A stretch of DNA of 64,000 nucleotides. It comes from Eledone cirrhosa. Its lineage: Eukaryota. This document shows positions 1-13,506 of this stretch, in pieces (the first letter of the stretch is position 1; the number at the start of each line of letters is the position of its first letter). The DNA lies in assembly GCA_964016885.1 (NCBI GenBank), contig OZ024740.1, positions 169,508,001-169,572,000 of the forward strand. The letters are read 5' to 3'. The notes under the pieces are model-generated. The model saw only the letters and a program-made list of their open reading frames with translations. It made no database searches and was not told the origin of the DNA. A program made the position numbers and the translations under genes.

Positions 1-355
1 ACATATCCTCTATGAAGTCACTAAACCTGCTAGAAACAACAGCTAACTCTCCCTCATATCACAGCCCTCCCTACTGTCTTAAATTTAGAAAACACACAGA
101 CAACCATGCAGAACAACTCCATCGCAGCTCTGTTGTTCGGCTGGCATCGTCTACGCGCGTGTTGCGCAAGTACCGTGAAACAATAAATTTCAACACTTTT
201 TTGCACAGAGATAATATCCATAGGCGAAACTGCAATTGTCACTGCTGGCGCAGCTCATGCTTCCATGTCTGCAATTCATTCACCCAGTGCCTGGCAGACA
301 AAAAAGTGCTGCCATAAAATGGGTGGTGCAACCTAACTTTGCTAACTTAATGAAT

Positions 356-383
356 CCGAGCAACGCCGGGCTTTAATGCTAGT
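356..383 (+). mobile_element. Helitron-type 3' terminus (hairpin followed by CTAG)
   Basis: CCGAGC-AAC-GCCGG hairpin, then CTAG at 379-382 and T, matching the usual Helitron end arrangement. Confidence 0.55.
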
Positions 384-518
384 ATATATATATAATGAAA
401 TTTCATTTTTTCTATTTATATATATATGTGTATGTGTGTGTGTGTTTTATGGTAGCTAAGATGCTTCCATAGGCGGTATGCCGGTTGAGCACTCTATGCT
501 CTTGCAGAGCAGAGTATG

Positions 519-742
519 ATAGAACAGAAAACAGAAAATCAGTGGTGCATCTGAACTTAATTTATTGTGTGCTACAATTGTTTCGCCGGCGGACAGCTCG
601 AGACGTGATCAATGTGTGGATCTGTCTGATTCTGGACCCGCAAGTTCGACGAATACGTCTAATGATTTCCGAGCATATTCTCTCACGTGAGAGAACACAC
701 AATAAATTAAGTTCAGATGCATCACTGATTTTTCGTTTTCTA
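519..742. repeat. Short fold-back element (imperfect inverted arms ~519-571 and ~696-742)
   Basis: AAAATCAGTGGTGCATCTGAACTTAATTTATTGTGT is approximately the reverse complement of ACACAATAAATTAAGTTCAGATGCATCACTGATTTT. Confidence 0.7.
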
Positions 743-744
743 TG

Positions 745-794
<50 letters not shown>

Positions 795-799
<5 letters not shown>

Positions 800-1141
800 T
801 GTATGTATACTATATTTGGCAATATACCGTATTTTTAATTAAAAACATTTAGTTTTAAAGTAGTGACTATATCACTTACTTCTTTTCGGCGAAAGAGGGG
901 AGAGAAACTGACACTGGAATTCTATAGGAATCCAGCTTCTATAATTTTCGGCGGAAGCAGTGGAGTGCGTGGCTCTGATGAACGCCAACCAGCGTGAAAC
1001 AGACTGTTAGCTTCTCTCCCTTCTTTCGCCGAAAAGAAGTAAGTGACAGAGTCACTACTTGAAAACTGATAGCGGATGGTCTTCAAAATGTTTTTAATTA
1101 AACATACGGTATATAGCCAAATATACTATACATACATTCAT
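795..1141. mobile_element. Fold-back non-autonomous PLE-like element next to (TA)n
   Basis: Inverted arms 795-906 and 1012-1141, with an HHR motif in the spacer. Confidence 0.65.
971..1012 (+). ncRNA. Minimal type-I hammerhead ribozyme
   Basis: GGCT-CTGATGA-ACGC(caacca)GCGT-GAAA-CAG(a)CTG-TT-AGCT: both core boxes, stems I/II/III and a GUU cleavage triplet. Confidence 0.7.
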
Positions 1142-2087
1142 GTATAAATCGCTATTTCAGAGCACCAATCCTAATATATATATATATATATATATATTTG
1201 TGTGCGTGTGTGTTAGTATGTATTATGTATGTATATATGTATTTATATGTGTGTATATATGTGTACGTATATATGTTTCTATGTATCTGGCTGTTCGGCA
1301 ATCTCTCCGTACATTACAGAGATTGCCAAACTCACACTCGGGCATATTGTAAATGGACTGTTTTAACGACTACGAAATCTCGTGAAAACTACCTAAGACA
1401 TTGTTTATTATTATCGGTAGAGCGTTGAACAACATCCTTTGCGATATATTGTTACGGCCCTTTACATTCTGTGTTCAAATCCAGTCGAGATTAGTTTACC
1501 TTTCATCCTAACAGGGTCGGTAAAATAAAGTCCCAGTAACGAACTAGGCTCCATTTAATCAACTTTACCGTCAACTGAAATTGTTGACCAGAGTGCGCCT
1601 GAGAATGCTAGCGACCCTGAGAATGCTAGCAACCTTTGCTAGGTGATTTTATGGCACATCAATTTTTTTGCGTGGAACTATCAATAGCTGTTTAAGTCAT
1701 ACGTCCTCCCATCCAGCTTTCTCCATTCAGAGTGAATAAGCCGGAGATGTTTGAGCTCGAAGAGTATTGAACTTATTTAACATAGTTATGTATAGGAATA
1801 GTAAACTTACTGCCTTAGCACTCAAGAAAAAACACAGAACAATTGAGGAAGTCATCGCAATTATTGAAGAAATTATAACCGAGGGAACATATTCAGGTAC
1901 TGTTCAAGTACCCTGTATATCCATGTTTGTAAAGCCCTTCGAATGACTGAAGCAATTCAATAACCCCCCCCCCCCCCCACCCTATAATGGTATAACCCGA
2001 GAAAATACACCATAATAAGTCGGATAAACAATCAGAAGTGTTGGCCCCAAAGAGGGCCTTGTAACGTTCACTGTTGCAAAGTTAAAA

Positions 2088-2270
2088 TAATTGTTTCTAC
2101 TTTAGGCACAAGGCCAGCAATTACCCAGTGCATTACTGGTACTTTATTTTATCGACCCCGTAAGGATGAAAGGCAAAGTTAACCTCGGCGGCATTTGAAC
2201 TCAGATCGTAAAGGGACGTAACTATGCTGGAAAGCATGGCGTCCGACCCTCTACCGATACTGCCAATCCA
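2088..2270 (-). mobile_element. tRNA-derived SINE (octopod-type family)
   Basis: Reverse complement of TGGCAGTATCGGTAGAG...GAGTTCAAAT...TTTGCCTTTCATCCTTACGGGGTCGATAAAATAAAGTACCAG; A/B-box-like motifs; several copies in the window. Confidence 0.8.
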
Positions 2271-2549
2271 ATGTTAGCAAAGTTAAAATAATGGGGGAGA
2301 AGTTATATCTTAATACGTGTTAATCTTCCCACAATCATCCGACACCTCGAAATATCAACAAAATAAACTCTACTCTCAAAGATGGTATGTTACAATTAAT
2401 ATGCCGGGAGTACGAATACTCGTCAACATATGATTTGGGTTTTATTCTTCAGACTAATCTCCTGGTAAGCCAACTTCCAGGTCATTGATCATCACACTTT
2501 TTTGTAATTTATCCCCGTGTGCACGAGTTCGGAATCCATATCATTGGAT

Positions 2550-2624
<75 letters not shown>

Positions 2625-2933
2625 TTACAGAGACAGCTTGAAATTTGTTTATGTATATTTCTAATAAGTCGTTGCCTCGTCTTTGAGTATTGAGTTGTGG
2701 GAGGAGGGAGGGTTTAACATAGAGTAGTAGTAGTATCTTGTCTTCCCCCTCTCTCACTGAAACGTCTTTTGTAAAGGTGTCCCCACGGGTTCCATTATTT
2801 TTATTGAAATCCAATTAGCCAGTCCTGTTCCTGAATATTAGCTTAAGCTGTGTGTAAAGCTTCATCCTGATCGGATCATTGGTGTAGACACCAATTGGTT
2901 ATACACAGATACACACACAGACAGAAATTGGCA

Positions 2934-3009
<76 letters not shown>

Positions 3010-3010
<1 letters not shown>

Positions 3011-3460
3011 CAATAATATTAATAAATGGAAACTATGTTTATAAAACCATATTTATTTTATTATATATATTTCAAGGGTACCAAAAAGTTTGGCACGCTC
3101 GCATCAGATAAAATACAAAAGTTGTTTTATAGATAGTGACATATCCCCAAACAAGAACTTAGCCTTTTAAGTTCTGGTTTAAGTTCTTTGCTTATATATA
3201 TATATATATATATATATATAAGTAGAAGGGGGTATTTAATTCGTTAGAAATCCGACGAATATAAATATAAATGTTTATAACTGATTTAGAGCACTCAACA
3301 TAGTCTTGGAGTAAATATTCAATGATATTAAATAAATGGAAACTATATTTATAAAACCATATTTATTTTATTATATATATTTCAAGGGTACCAAAAGACT
3401 TTGGTACGCTTTCTTCAGATAAAATACAAAATTTATTTTATAAATAGAGACATACCCAGG
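3010..3460 (-). mobile_element. Short element with ~140-bp direct repeats ~310 bp apart, each with an HHR motif (related pieces at ~9340-9650)
   Basis: Repeat ATATTA-ATAAATGGAAACTAT...TTCAAGGGTACCAAAA...CAGATAAAATACAAAA at ~3015 and ~3325. Confidence 0.6.
3367..3423 (-). ncRNA. Minimal type-I hammerhead ribozyme
   Basis: Minus strand: TTTAT-CTGAAGA-AAGCGTACCAAA(gtct)TTTGGTACCCTT-GAAA-TATATA-TA-ATAAA; the sister copy at ~3057-3112 has a degenerate core CTGATGC. Confidence 0.65.
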
Positions 3461-3623
3461 AAAATCATGTCTTATCAGTTGGATATTCTCTGGATAGTGG
3501 AAATGTATTAGGGATTTTTCAAATGTATGGGGAATATGCAAATGAATATGTAAATAATTGAAATAACCGTAATTAAACGACTATAGAAAGAAAGAAGAGA
3601 GAAGAGAAGAAGGACAAAATAGT

Positions 3624-3666
<43 letters not shown>

Positions 3667-4046
3667 CGAAGAAGGAAAAAACCGATGATGAATAAAAACT
3701 CATATAACGTTAATTTGCGGGAAATATATTCGGACAATTACGTATGTATATATGTAAATATATATCTTAATATTATGTGTATTTATATTAATTGTTTAAT
3801 ATTTGTTTATAATATAATATTTTTCATTCGTTTATACGTAGATAAATAAATAAATAAATAGATGGGTATATCATATTATAGATATTTGTTCAAATCAGTT
3901 ATGAGGGATTTTGGTTTTGTATTTTATGTAAATAAATATGTATTTAAAATTGAGAATAATTTAAAATTAAATTAAATTAAATTAAATTAACTAAGTTAAG
4001 TACGAATATTTATATGGCGTTTTACATATTCCTTTGTTATATTCCA

Positions 4047-4104
4047 ATACCTGATGATATCACCGGATTCATATGGAACCCGGTCATTGAAATGATCATA
4101 GTAT
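4047..4104 (+). ncRNA. Minimal type-I hammerhead ribozyme
   Basis: ATAC-CTGATGA-[stem II containing ACCGG/CCGGT]-GAAA-TGATCA-TA-GTAT; the second copy at ~6142 has CTTATGA (core mutated). Confidence 0.7.
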
Positions 4105-4680
4105 AATAAACCTTTCAAGAATTTACACCAGTCCTGCCTCCTGTTATTCGCACCACCAACTACACAAACGAAGATGGATGAATTGCACTGCGTTGAGTAC
4201 TCTTCACAATATTACATCAGGATTGACCATACGGAATGACCAGTTCTATCCAGTGGTGAACCAACAAACCTAAAGAAATAATGCTCCTATAATGTTGAGC
4301 ACTTCAAAATGTAATATTGAACAGCGGCACTGACTTCAGTGTACAGCTATTACCAGCTTGGGATTAACTGATTTACTTACCATTCGGATTTTGGCTGCTC
4401 TGCGCCTTATCTACCGCCACCTGATACTACTTCCTTGTCGGGATGATTCCGATTCCGACAAAACTCTACGTATTATACTAAAACTTGTATTGTATTGACT
4501 GAATTCTCTACTCAGGACTTTTTGTGACTCGCACTGAATTCGGAACCCGAACTTTACACTAGATACAACCTGTTACCATTCATCTCCTCCATCCTCTATA
4601 TCTATATCTATATGTACATCTTGTATTATCTTACTACAACTTGATCTATATTGATTCTTATTTACTTTTATTAATTTCTT

Positions 4681-4866
4681 TGGATTGGCAGTATCGGTAG
4701 AGAGTCGGACGCCATGCTTTCCAGCATAGTTACGTCCTCCCTTTACAGTCTGAGTTCAAATCCCGCCGAGGTTAACTTTGCCTTTCATCCTTACGGGGTC
4801 GATAAAATAAAGTACCAGTAATGTACTGGGTAATTGATGGCCTTGTGCCAAAAGTAGAAACAATTA
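4681..4866 (+). mobile_element. tRNA-derived SINE copy
   Basis: Same family as 2088-2270. Confidence 0.8.
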
Positions 4867-5897
4867 ATTTCTTTACTAACTCATTAATGTATATTTTATT
4901 TTTTTATTATTTTGTTAATGTATTTTTATCAATGTATTCTATGTTTATATTGGTATTTTATCTTTGTATGCTGCTTTTATTATTTTTTCGTATTTTTTTG
5001 TAACTTTTCCTTACTCAGGTCATTATGCACCTTTCATAGCCCCCTACCCACCTAAGAACCACACTACTTATAACCCGGACTAACTGGGACTTTAAAATAA
5101 TTTTGGTCTATTTGCATTTTTCATTGGGTTGTTACCTTCGACTTGTGTGGTGGCTTTTTCCCGGCTGCGCGCTGGGCACTCGGAAAGTTCAGCCTTCCTT
5201 GAGTGCTCGGAAAAATAAATTTCCCCTCTTTCGGTAAATGAAATTACTCGGAGCGGATTGCTTTGCCCCGGTCCCACCGCGCCGCCTGTTTTGGCCGCCA
5301 CATTATACTTATACCTCCAAACTCCAGGTTTAGGCATAACTATTAGCTGTATCATGCCTCTACTGACACGTAAATAAACCCCTCATGTGTGATTTAATAG
5401 TATTCGTGGTATAGACGACGGCTGTCGAAATTGTGGAGTTCCCGCTAGCGATCCCGGGGGCCAAAGTTAGCTACGTTCCTAGAGTACTCGGAAAAATTAA
5501 TTTCCATTTCCATTTCTTTCGCTGGACGATACCACTCGGGACTGGCTGACTCATGGTGGTGGGTGTGCTGGCGGGGTCTCCCAATCGAATTCTTTACTCT
5601 ATATCCCATCCTAATATCTTATCGAGTTAAACATGTTTTTCATATAAGACTCTCTCCGTAATTTCATTAAATAAATAAATCTCGCTACCTCTATTTTTCA
5701 ATTTACCATTTTACAATTTAATATTTTTAATTCAATTTAATTTTATCCTATAACTCGCAACATAAGTTTAACGTTCCAATCTTCGGTTCACACATTAGAC
5801 CATACAGACACACATTATAGTTTCTTTGGGTAGCATTGTTTTTGCGGCATTTTCTAACATGAATGTAGTTTGACCCTTACACTACACTTCTTTCTCC

Positions 5898-5942
<45 letters not shown>

Positions 5943-6248
5943 CCTTCTTTGACGGAGAGGTGGTAGTACATTATAAGCCTTCGCCCCCTCACCAGACATT
6001 CACTGGTAGTTTTCAGTTGCCAACATTTTGAGGGCGGCTGGCTGCGAAGCTAGTTGGTCAGCCGTTCTCTCTGTCTCTAGTTTCTCGGACCCATGGTTTT
6101 TCGGACCCATGGCTTTTTACATATTCCTTTGTTATATTCCAATACCTTATGATATCACCGGATTCATATGGAACCCGGTCATTGAAATGATCATAGTATA
6201 ATAAACCTTTCAAGGATTTACACCAGTCCAGCCTCCTGTTATTTCATT

Positions 6249-6282
<34 letters not shown>

Positions 6283-6382
6283 CATACTATCTGACCCGTC
6301 CGGCTGCCGTCCGGCTAGGTATACCTTCCCCCACCACTCCACTGCAAAGATACCACACACCCTCCCGTGTCATATTGTCCTT

Positions 6383-6422
<40 letters not shown>

Positions 6423-6579
6423 AACTAACACTTTAATTGTAACTCTCTCTGTCTAACTGCCCATCTCTCTCTTTTCCCCCTCTCTCTGTTTTTCTGTCTC
6501 TCTCTGTAGATGTGTGTGTGTAGCTTTTCTAACCTTTCTCTCTCTCTCTATGTGTATATATTGAAGGGAGATACGGAAA

Positions 6580-7165
6580 CTAAAACAGTGTTGTCATATA
6601 GAGAGTGGAGAGCGACAAAGAGAGTAAAGCAGTTAAATTATAGAGAGGGGGAATGATCTTACATACATACATACATACATACTTATAAAGTATAGATATG
6701 TATGTGTGTGTGTTTGTGTATGTGTGTTTGTGTATGTGTGTGTGTGTTATGCGAGCGACGACAGAAAAACAGAGAGATAGGCCGTTAGACAGAGAGAGAT
6801 ACAATTAAAACAGAAAGTAAAAGAGTGTTGTCATATAGAAAGTGAAGAGAGACAGAGAGTAAAGCAGTTAAATTATAGAGAGGGTGAAAGAGGGAGAGAG
6901 AGAGAGAGAGAGAAACGACGCTCAACTTTATAATATTTGGGAGTGAAGAGCGACAGAGAGAGTAAAGCAGTTAAATTATAGAGAGCGGGAATGATCTATT
7001 ATAGAGAGAGGGAAGAGCGACGGAGAGACGACGCTCAACTTTATAATATTTGAGAGTGAAGAGCGACAGAGAGTGTAAAGCAGTTTAAATTATAGAGAGG
7101 GGGAATGATCTATTATAGGGAGAGGGAAGAGCAACGGAGAGAGTAAAGCTAACAAACTATAGAGA
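6580..7165. repeat. Degenerate GA-rich tandem repeat
   Basis: Recurrent GAGAGTAAAGCAGTTAAATTATAGAGAG and GACGCTCAACTTTATAATATTTG units. Confidence 0.7.
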
Positions 7166-7249
7166 GGTGTGTAGGATACATACATACATAATACACACGA
7201 CACTCAGCTTTATAATATTATAGATATATATATTTATAAATAAGAGGAA

Positions 7250-8066
7250 AGCACAAACGGGCGAACATTTTCCTTCATCAGTTGTCTGCTGGGGATCATG
7301 GTTATTTCTACGCATTAAAGACAAGATATCTAACCCCAGTGCGTCAATAACTAAAGGAAGATATTGGGGGGGGGGGGGGGGGGAGAGAAAAAATATATAA
7401 CAGAAGGGAAAAGGGAAGAAAAAGGAAAAAACGGCAAAAAACCGGAAAATAACGAACCGAAGAGGGAAACCCGAAGTACATGTGGGTGACCAACTCGAAG
7501 AGAATGAATAGAGGTATCCATGAATCCCAGCAGACAACTGATGGAGGAAGATTTTCTCCTGTTCATGTTTTCCTTTTATTCATAAATACACCTTATCCCG
7601 CAACTACACAGCCCCTGTTTCTCCTTAATGTTTATATAGTTTTGCTGTGACCTGTTCCCTCTTTCTTTTGTTGTTATCAACTCTTCCCCTTCTTTCTTTC
7701 ACTTTCTCCATCTCACCTTTATTCTCCCTCTCTCTGCTACCCCCCCTCGCTGTCTCTCTCACCTGTTCCTTCCGCTGCCTCATCCACACAACCTCGGACT
7801 TAAGTTCAGTAGTTGATGTCGACTTTAATATTTTCTCTCTCTTCCAGTTGCTCACACACATAGGCTTCGGGTTTCCTTCTTCGGTTTGTTCTTTTCCGTT
7901 TTTTACGCCGTTTTTTTACTTTTTCTTCACTTTTCCCTTCTGTTATAAATATCTCTCTCCCTTTTTTCCCAAATACCCTCCTTTAGTTATTGACGCACTG
8001 GGGCAGGATATCTTGTATTTAATGCGTAGAAATATCCATGATCCCCAGCAGACAACTGATGAAGGA

Positions 8067-8107
<41 letters not shown>

Positions 8108-8153
8108 GGAATACTGTTAGCTTCTCGCTACAATAATTTCTATACTTTTCATT

Positions 8154-8198
<45 letters not shown>

Positions 8199-8253
8199 TC
8201 CTTCATCAGTTTCTGCTGCGGATCATGGATATTTCTACGCATTAAATACAAGA
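7250..8253. mobile_element. Fold-back PLE-like element (inverted arms ~7270-7480 and ~7865-8068, plus a third partial arm ~8197-8253)
   Basis: TTCCTTCATCAGTTGTCTGCTGGGGATCATGG and its reverse complement; partial CTGATGA motifs. Confidence 0.6.
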
Positions 8254-8266
8254 TGTGTGTGTGCGC

Positions 8267-8334
<68 letters not shown>

Positions 8335-8383
8335 ATTGTTGATGATTATATTTCTACTTATAATGTTTCTTGTATCTTTACAG

Positions 8384-8503
8384 GGACAGGAGTTACCACA
8401 ACTTCAAGTACAACATCCTCCATTACTACAACTCCGAAACCTACAACTGCAGCAGCTACACATAGTACAGTAGGGACAGCCCAGAGTACGGCAACTGGCG
8501 AAG
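8384..8503 (+). CDS. Mucin-like repeat exon 1 (40 aa, [40 protein letters not shown])
   Basis: Polypyrimidine acceptor TTTCTTGTATCTTTACAG, donor AAG|GTTGGT, 120 nt, phase 1-1, open frame, four copies in the window. Confidence 0.8.
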
Positions 8504-8570
8504 GTTGGTATCACAAATACTAGAAACCTGGTATATGCTTATCTACACACGAAAATACACACTCACACCA

Positions 8571-8609
<39 letters not shown>

Positions 8610-8686
8610 TACAGACACACACACACACACGCACACGCGCACACGCACACGCACACATATATGGGTACACACACACACATATATGG

Positions 8687-8720
<34 letters not shown>

Positions 8721-8731
8721 ACCCACACACA

Positions 8732-8780
<49 letters not shown>

Positions 8781-8781
8781 T

Positions 8782-8822
<41 letters not shown>

Positions 8823-8824
8823 AT

Positions 8825-9200
8825 ATAATACTAAAAGTCTGTAATTGCTTGTTTGCTTGCTTGTCTGTAATGTAATTGTTTCTACGTTAGGCACAAGGCC
8901 AGCAAATACCCAGTGCATTACTGGTACTTTATTTTATCGAGCCAAAATGGCGCATAATGGGAAAATACTTTGAAAGGAAGTTGCCACTGAAATGGGAATA
9001 CAATTGGAATAAAACAAGACTCTCGTAAATCGGACCATGGGTTCTCGAGATATGGTGTTTTTCCGAGTACCTTCATAAACAGAGAGAGAGAGTAAGATAG
9101 CGAGAAAGAGATAGTGGTTGTGAGAGAGTATAGTAAAATAGAGACATAGGGAGAGGGAGAGGAGACAGAGTAGAAGAACGTAAGAGGGAGACAGAGCTGT
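8825..9200 (+). mobile_element. Non-autonomous Helitron-like repeat with a truncated SINE inserted (~8875-8941); second copy at ~12750-12995
   Basis: Shared TATAATACTAAA...GCTTGCTTGTCTGTAATG...GGGTTCTCGAGATATG; the second copy is preceded by a hairpin and CTAG at ~12720-12752. Confidence 0.45.
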
Positions 9201-9527
9201 TGGTGTTGTGTATATATGTGAGTGTGTATATATATATATGTGTGTGTATGTGTGAGTGTGTGTGGGACTATGACCAGTGTATATATGTCACAGACACCAA
9301 TATATATATATATACACACACAAATACATATATATATATATACGATATTAATAAATGGAAACTATATTCATAAAACCATATTTATTTCATTAATGAAATA
9401 AATATGGTTTTATAAATATAGTTTCCATTTATTAATATCGTATATCTACTCCAAATATTTGTCGAGTGCTTTATATCAGTTATAAAAATATTTGCTTGTT
9501 GTATCCCAACAATTTAAATAAAACTTT

Positions 9528-9576
<49 letters not shown>

Positions 9577-9782
9577 ATTTAAAACTTCACTATTCACAAT
9601 TGTTTTTTAAGCTTCATATCATGTATCCCTATTTTATCTGATGAAAACGCAGATATCATCCCATGATGACATTTGTTTTTGAAATGCGCATAATAAAATA
9701 CTTGGAACTCTTTTAACCATCTTTTGATCTTATATTATATATATATATACATACATTTATATATATACATTTATATATATAT

Positions 9783-12567
9783 TAGGGTGTTCCAGAATCC
9801 CACATTTTACACAAAAGTGTTTTTTTCTTAGATCCCTATGTAATTTCTCATGCCATTTTATATATTGTCAATTTATAATGTAATTTCGATTATTTCAGAC
9901 TAATTTAAGCTTTGCCTAATAGTTACAAATTGGCAGGATAATGTCGGAAACCAGTGGGCCTAGTTGTAGCTACTCACTCCGTTGTGATGATCGAGAAATA
10001 TGGCTCCTGGGGCAATATGTTACATCCTTTTCACCAAACAAAATACCAACAAAGGGGGATGTTCTAAGATATTTCTTCTACCTGAAAGATGGTCCTATGA
10101 AACACGAAAAGCATGTAAGCTTCAATGGTGCTATGGCGGATAGGCTTGTGATGGAAGTAGTTAGTCAGTAGGAAAAAGCTGGTGTAGTGACTCAACGAAA
10201 AGACAAAGTGCAACTGAAATTTATGAACATGTACAGTGAATACAGAAATTTACAAAAACACAAAGGTTCTAAGTCAAACAAAGAAAAGGAAGCACTATTT
10301 ATTTCTGAATTGGATTCGTATTTATACATAGCACATACTGATGCTGAAAAGAAAATTTTGAAAGACCGTCTTTGTAATAATGAACAGAAAATGGAAGATG
10401 CTACATTTCTCGAAGCCCTGCGTTGCCAGAAAAAAGTATCTCTGGGTGCTGAAGACAATGGTTACCAGAAAAAGGTATCTTCAAAGTTTAAGCTTGATCA
10501 GGCTTCTGTGTATCGTCGAGAGTCAGAGAACCATAGAAAGCGTTTGTCAGGATCTGTAGCAGCACAACTTCCACGTAATGAACTGAGTGATTCAAGTTCA
10601 ACCAATGATGAAACTGAAGATGAACAGGATCCTGAATTTCAGGCCTCAAACCCATCCAGAGACAGCTCACAGTCAGACAAGAAAAATCCAGCTGGAACTC
10701 CCAAAGAATCCATTTCAAAGTCCAAAAATTTCTCTAATGGCTGATAGTTTAAACCTGACACTGGGCCAGAGAACAGCATTTATGGCATCGATTATTTCTG
10801 AGGGTGGGTCTGACATAGCCGCCACAACTCTCTCCAAGTATAGTAGCAGACGTGCAGCTAAGAAGATCAGAACTGTGGGGGCTGAACACATAAAGGAACT
10901 ATTTGCTGTACAAGACTTTGTTACCTTGCATTGGGATGGCAAAATAATTCCTGGCGACCACGAGAGGCTAGGTGTGCTAGTTGCTGGAACTCCGGACTTC
11001 AGAGAAGGTAAACTCCTCGGTGTTCCCATAATTCCTGATGGTACTGGAACCACCCAAACCAAAGCATCATTTGATCTTGTTAAAGATTGGAATGTTGACG
11101 GGTCTGTGGTGGGCTTGGTCTTCGACCCAACTGCTTCGAATTCTGGATGAAAAAATGGTGCCTGCGTGAAACTAGAAGAGATGCTCAACAAAAAGGTGTT
11201 TTATATTGCTTGTCGGCACGATGTCATGGAGCGTATCTTGTGTGCAGTGTGGCAACAACTATTCGGAGCAATGTCCAGTCCAGACATCCCAGAGTTCAAG
11301 GAGTTAAAAAAAGATTGGGTGTCACTCACGGACAAAGCCAACCTTAAAACATTGAACATTGTCGACCGGAAACTCAAGCGTCTTTGTTCGGAGAACGTCA
11401 ACTTCCTCCAAGATTTGCTGACATCCGACGATGGGAAAATGAGTTCTCTTCCACGAGACGACTACCGAGATTGTGCCGAGTTGATGTTTATCTTGCTTGG
11501 TGTCACCCCTCCTCGTGGAATTCCTTGGATGCTGCCTGGTGCACATCATAATGCTCGGTGGATGTCCACAATCATCTATAGTGCAAAGATGTATGCATTT
11601 GGTGAGCGACTCAATTACGATCAAGCTAGAATGGAAAAGTTGCGCCGGATCTGTATGCTCAATGCTCTGTTCTACGTGCGATACTGGCGGACAGCAGTCA
11701 AGTGTGCTGATGCACCATTCAATGACCTTCAATTATACACGGAGTTGACACAGTACTGTAAGGTTGACAGAGATCTCTCGCAGGCAGCCACTACTGCTCT
11801 GAACAGGCTTCTTTGGTACCCGACGGAGGAAGCCATTCCGCTAGCGCTGTTTTCAAGTCGGGTCCAAGAGTCCGAGAAGAAACAAATAGCCCAACGTCTT
11901 GTCAAAACGAAAATGTCTGGGCCTCTCGACCGTGGTGCTCCAGTGTTTCCCGAGTTGAAGTCCTCCACGAAGCTGCCTCATCTAGTTGGGAAGAAATCAA
12001 GGCTTCTGTTCGATTTCCTTGGTCTCGACGATACTTGGCTTGAGCTGTCACCTGCAACTTGGTCATCACAAGCGTCATATCAAAATGCCTGTGCTGTTGT
12101 TCACAATATCAAGGTAGTCAACGATCTGGCGGAGAGAGCAGTCAAGTTGGTAACTGAATTTGTTGCCATCACCAAGAATGAAGAGGAGAAGCAGTGTGTT
12201 CTTCAAGTAGTCGAAGCTCACCGTCGCAAGATTCCGGATTTCAAAAAAGAAACTCTGAAAAAAATATGACTGGAGTTAACTTAACTGAATTTGTTTCTTC
12301 CTTGTACGCCTTTATATTCAAAGCTGGTTTACTAAATATAATGGATTAATAAAATAAACAATTATTGTATGGTAATATTTGGTTTCACATTTTCATGATT
12401 TCATGCAACATAATCACACTTTCCACTATAATCACCATGATATAGGCAAGACTCAAAATAATTTATTTTATACAAAATAGGTTTTATTTTACCAATTGGG
12501 GTATTTATAATGGGAAAATACATAGGGAGCGTTAATATTGTGACCTTGCTTTTTATGGCACACTCTA
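9783..12567 (+). mobile_element. hAT-superfamily (hATm-like) DNA transposon, near full length, decayed
   Basis: Imperfect TIRs TAGGGTGTTCCA and TGGCACACTCTA (10/12 match); both flanks ATATATAT (8-bp TSD-compatible but low complexity); internal transposase. Confidence 0.75.
9941..12269 (+). pseudogene. Disrupted hATm-like transposase
   Basis: Motifs LHWDGK, GLVFDPTASNSG, ACRHDV, RDDYRD, PGAHHNARWM, VVNDLAERAVKL; stop at ~10169, frameshift at ~10720, stop at 11148. Confidence 0.8.
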
Positions 12568-12999
12568 ATATATATATATACATACATATAAATACAATTA
12601 TATATATACATACACACACTATATATATGGGCCTTCCAGTTTCATTTAACATCATATACATGTCTGTGTGTATTTTAATTATTTTAAAATTATTTTAAAG
12701 TGAACATGATTTTGAAGAGAACGTGACGCAACGGATCACACGGGAGGTCTAGTATAATACTAAATGTATGTGATTGCTTGCTTGCTTGTCTGTAATGTAA
12801 TACAGCCAAAATCGCGCATAATATGAAAATTATTTGAAAGGAAGTTGACCCTGAAATGGGAATGCAAATGGTATAAAAACAATTTTCCTGTAAATCCGAC
12901 CACGGGTTCTCGAGATATGTGTTTTTTCCGGGTACCTTCATAAACAAAGACAGAGAAATATAGAGAGGAAGAGATAGTGGTTGTGAGAGAGTAGATTGA

Positions 13000-13106
<107 letters not shown>

Positions 13107-13178
13107 TGTGTGTATGTGTGTGTGTGTACATTGTGGATGATCATATTTCTACTTATAATGTTTCTTGTATCTTTACAG

Positions 13179-13298
13179 GGACAGGAGTTACCACAACTTC
13201 AAGTACAACATCCTCCATTACTACAACTCCTAAACCTACAACTGAAACAGCTACACATAGTACAGTAGGGACAGCCCAGAGTACGGCAACTGGCGAAG
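13179..13298 (+). CDS. Mucin-like repeat exon 2 (…PKPTTETATH…)
   Basis: Same AG/GT splice context, 120 nt, phase 1-1, open frame. Confidence 0.8.
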
Positions 13299-13411
13299 GT
13301 TGGTATCACAAATACTATAAACCTGGTATATGCTTGTGTACACACTCAAATACACACTCACACCAATACACATACACACATATATATTCATATGGATACA
13401 TACGTACTTAT

Positions 13412-13506
<95 letters not shown>

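Larger units (their letters stand above)
4016..6243 (+). mobile_element. PLE-like element bounded by ~130-bp direct repeats (4016-4146 and 6111-6243) containing an HHR
   Basis: Near-identical terminal direct repeats; non-coding interior with a nested SINE and (TTTC)n. Confidence 0.6.

Noticed and set aside
4681-4770. tRNA gene
   Set aside because: A/B-box-like motifs belong to a multi-copy SINE head; no complete cloverleaf
8386-8473. Alternative Gln/Leu-rich reading ([12 protein letters not shown]...) of the repeated exon
   Set aside because: That frame hits a stop inside the exon; only the Thr/Ser frame is open and phase-compatible with the last exon
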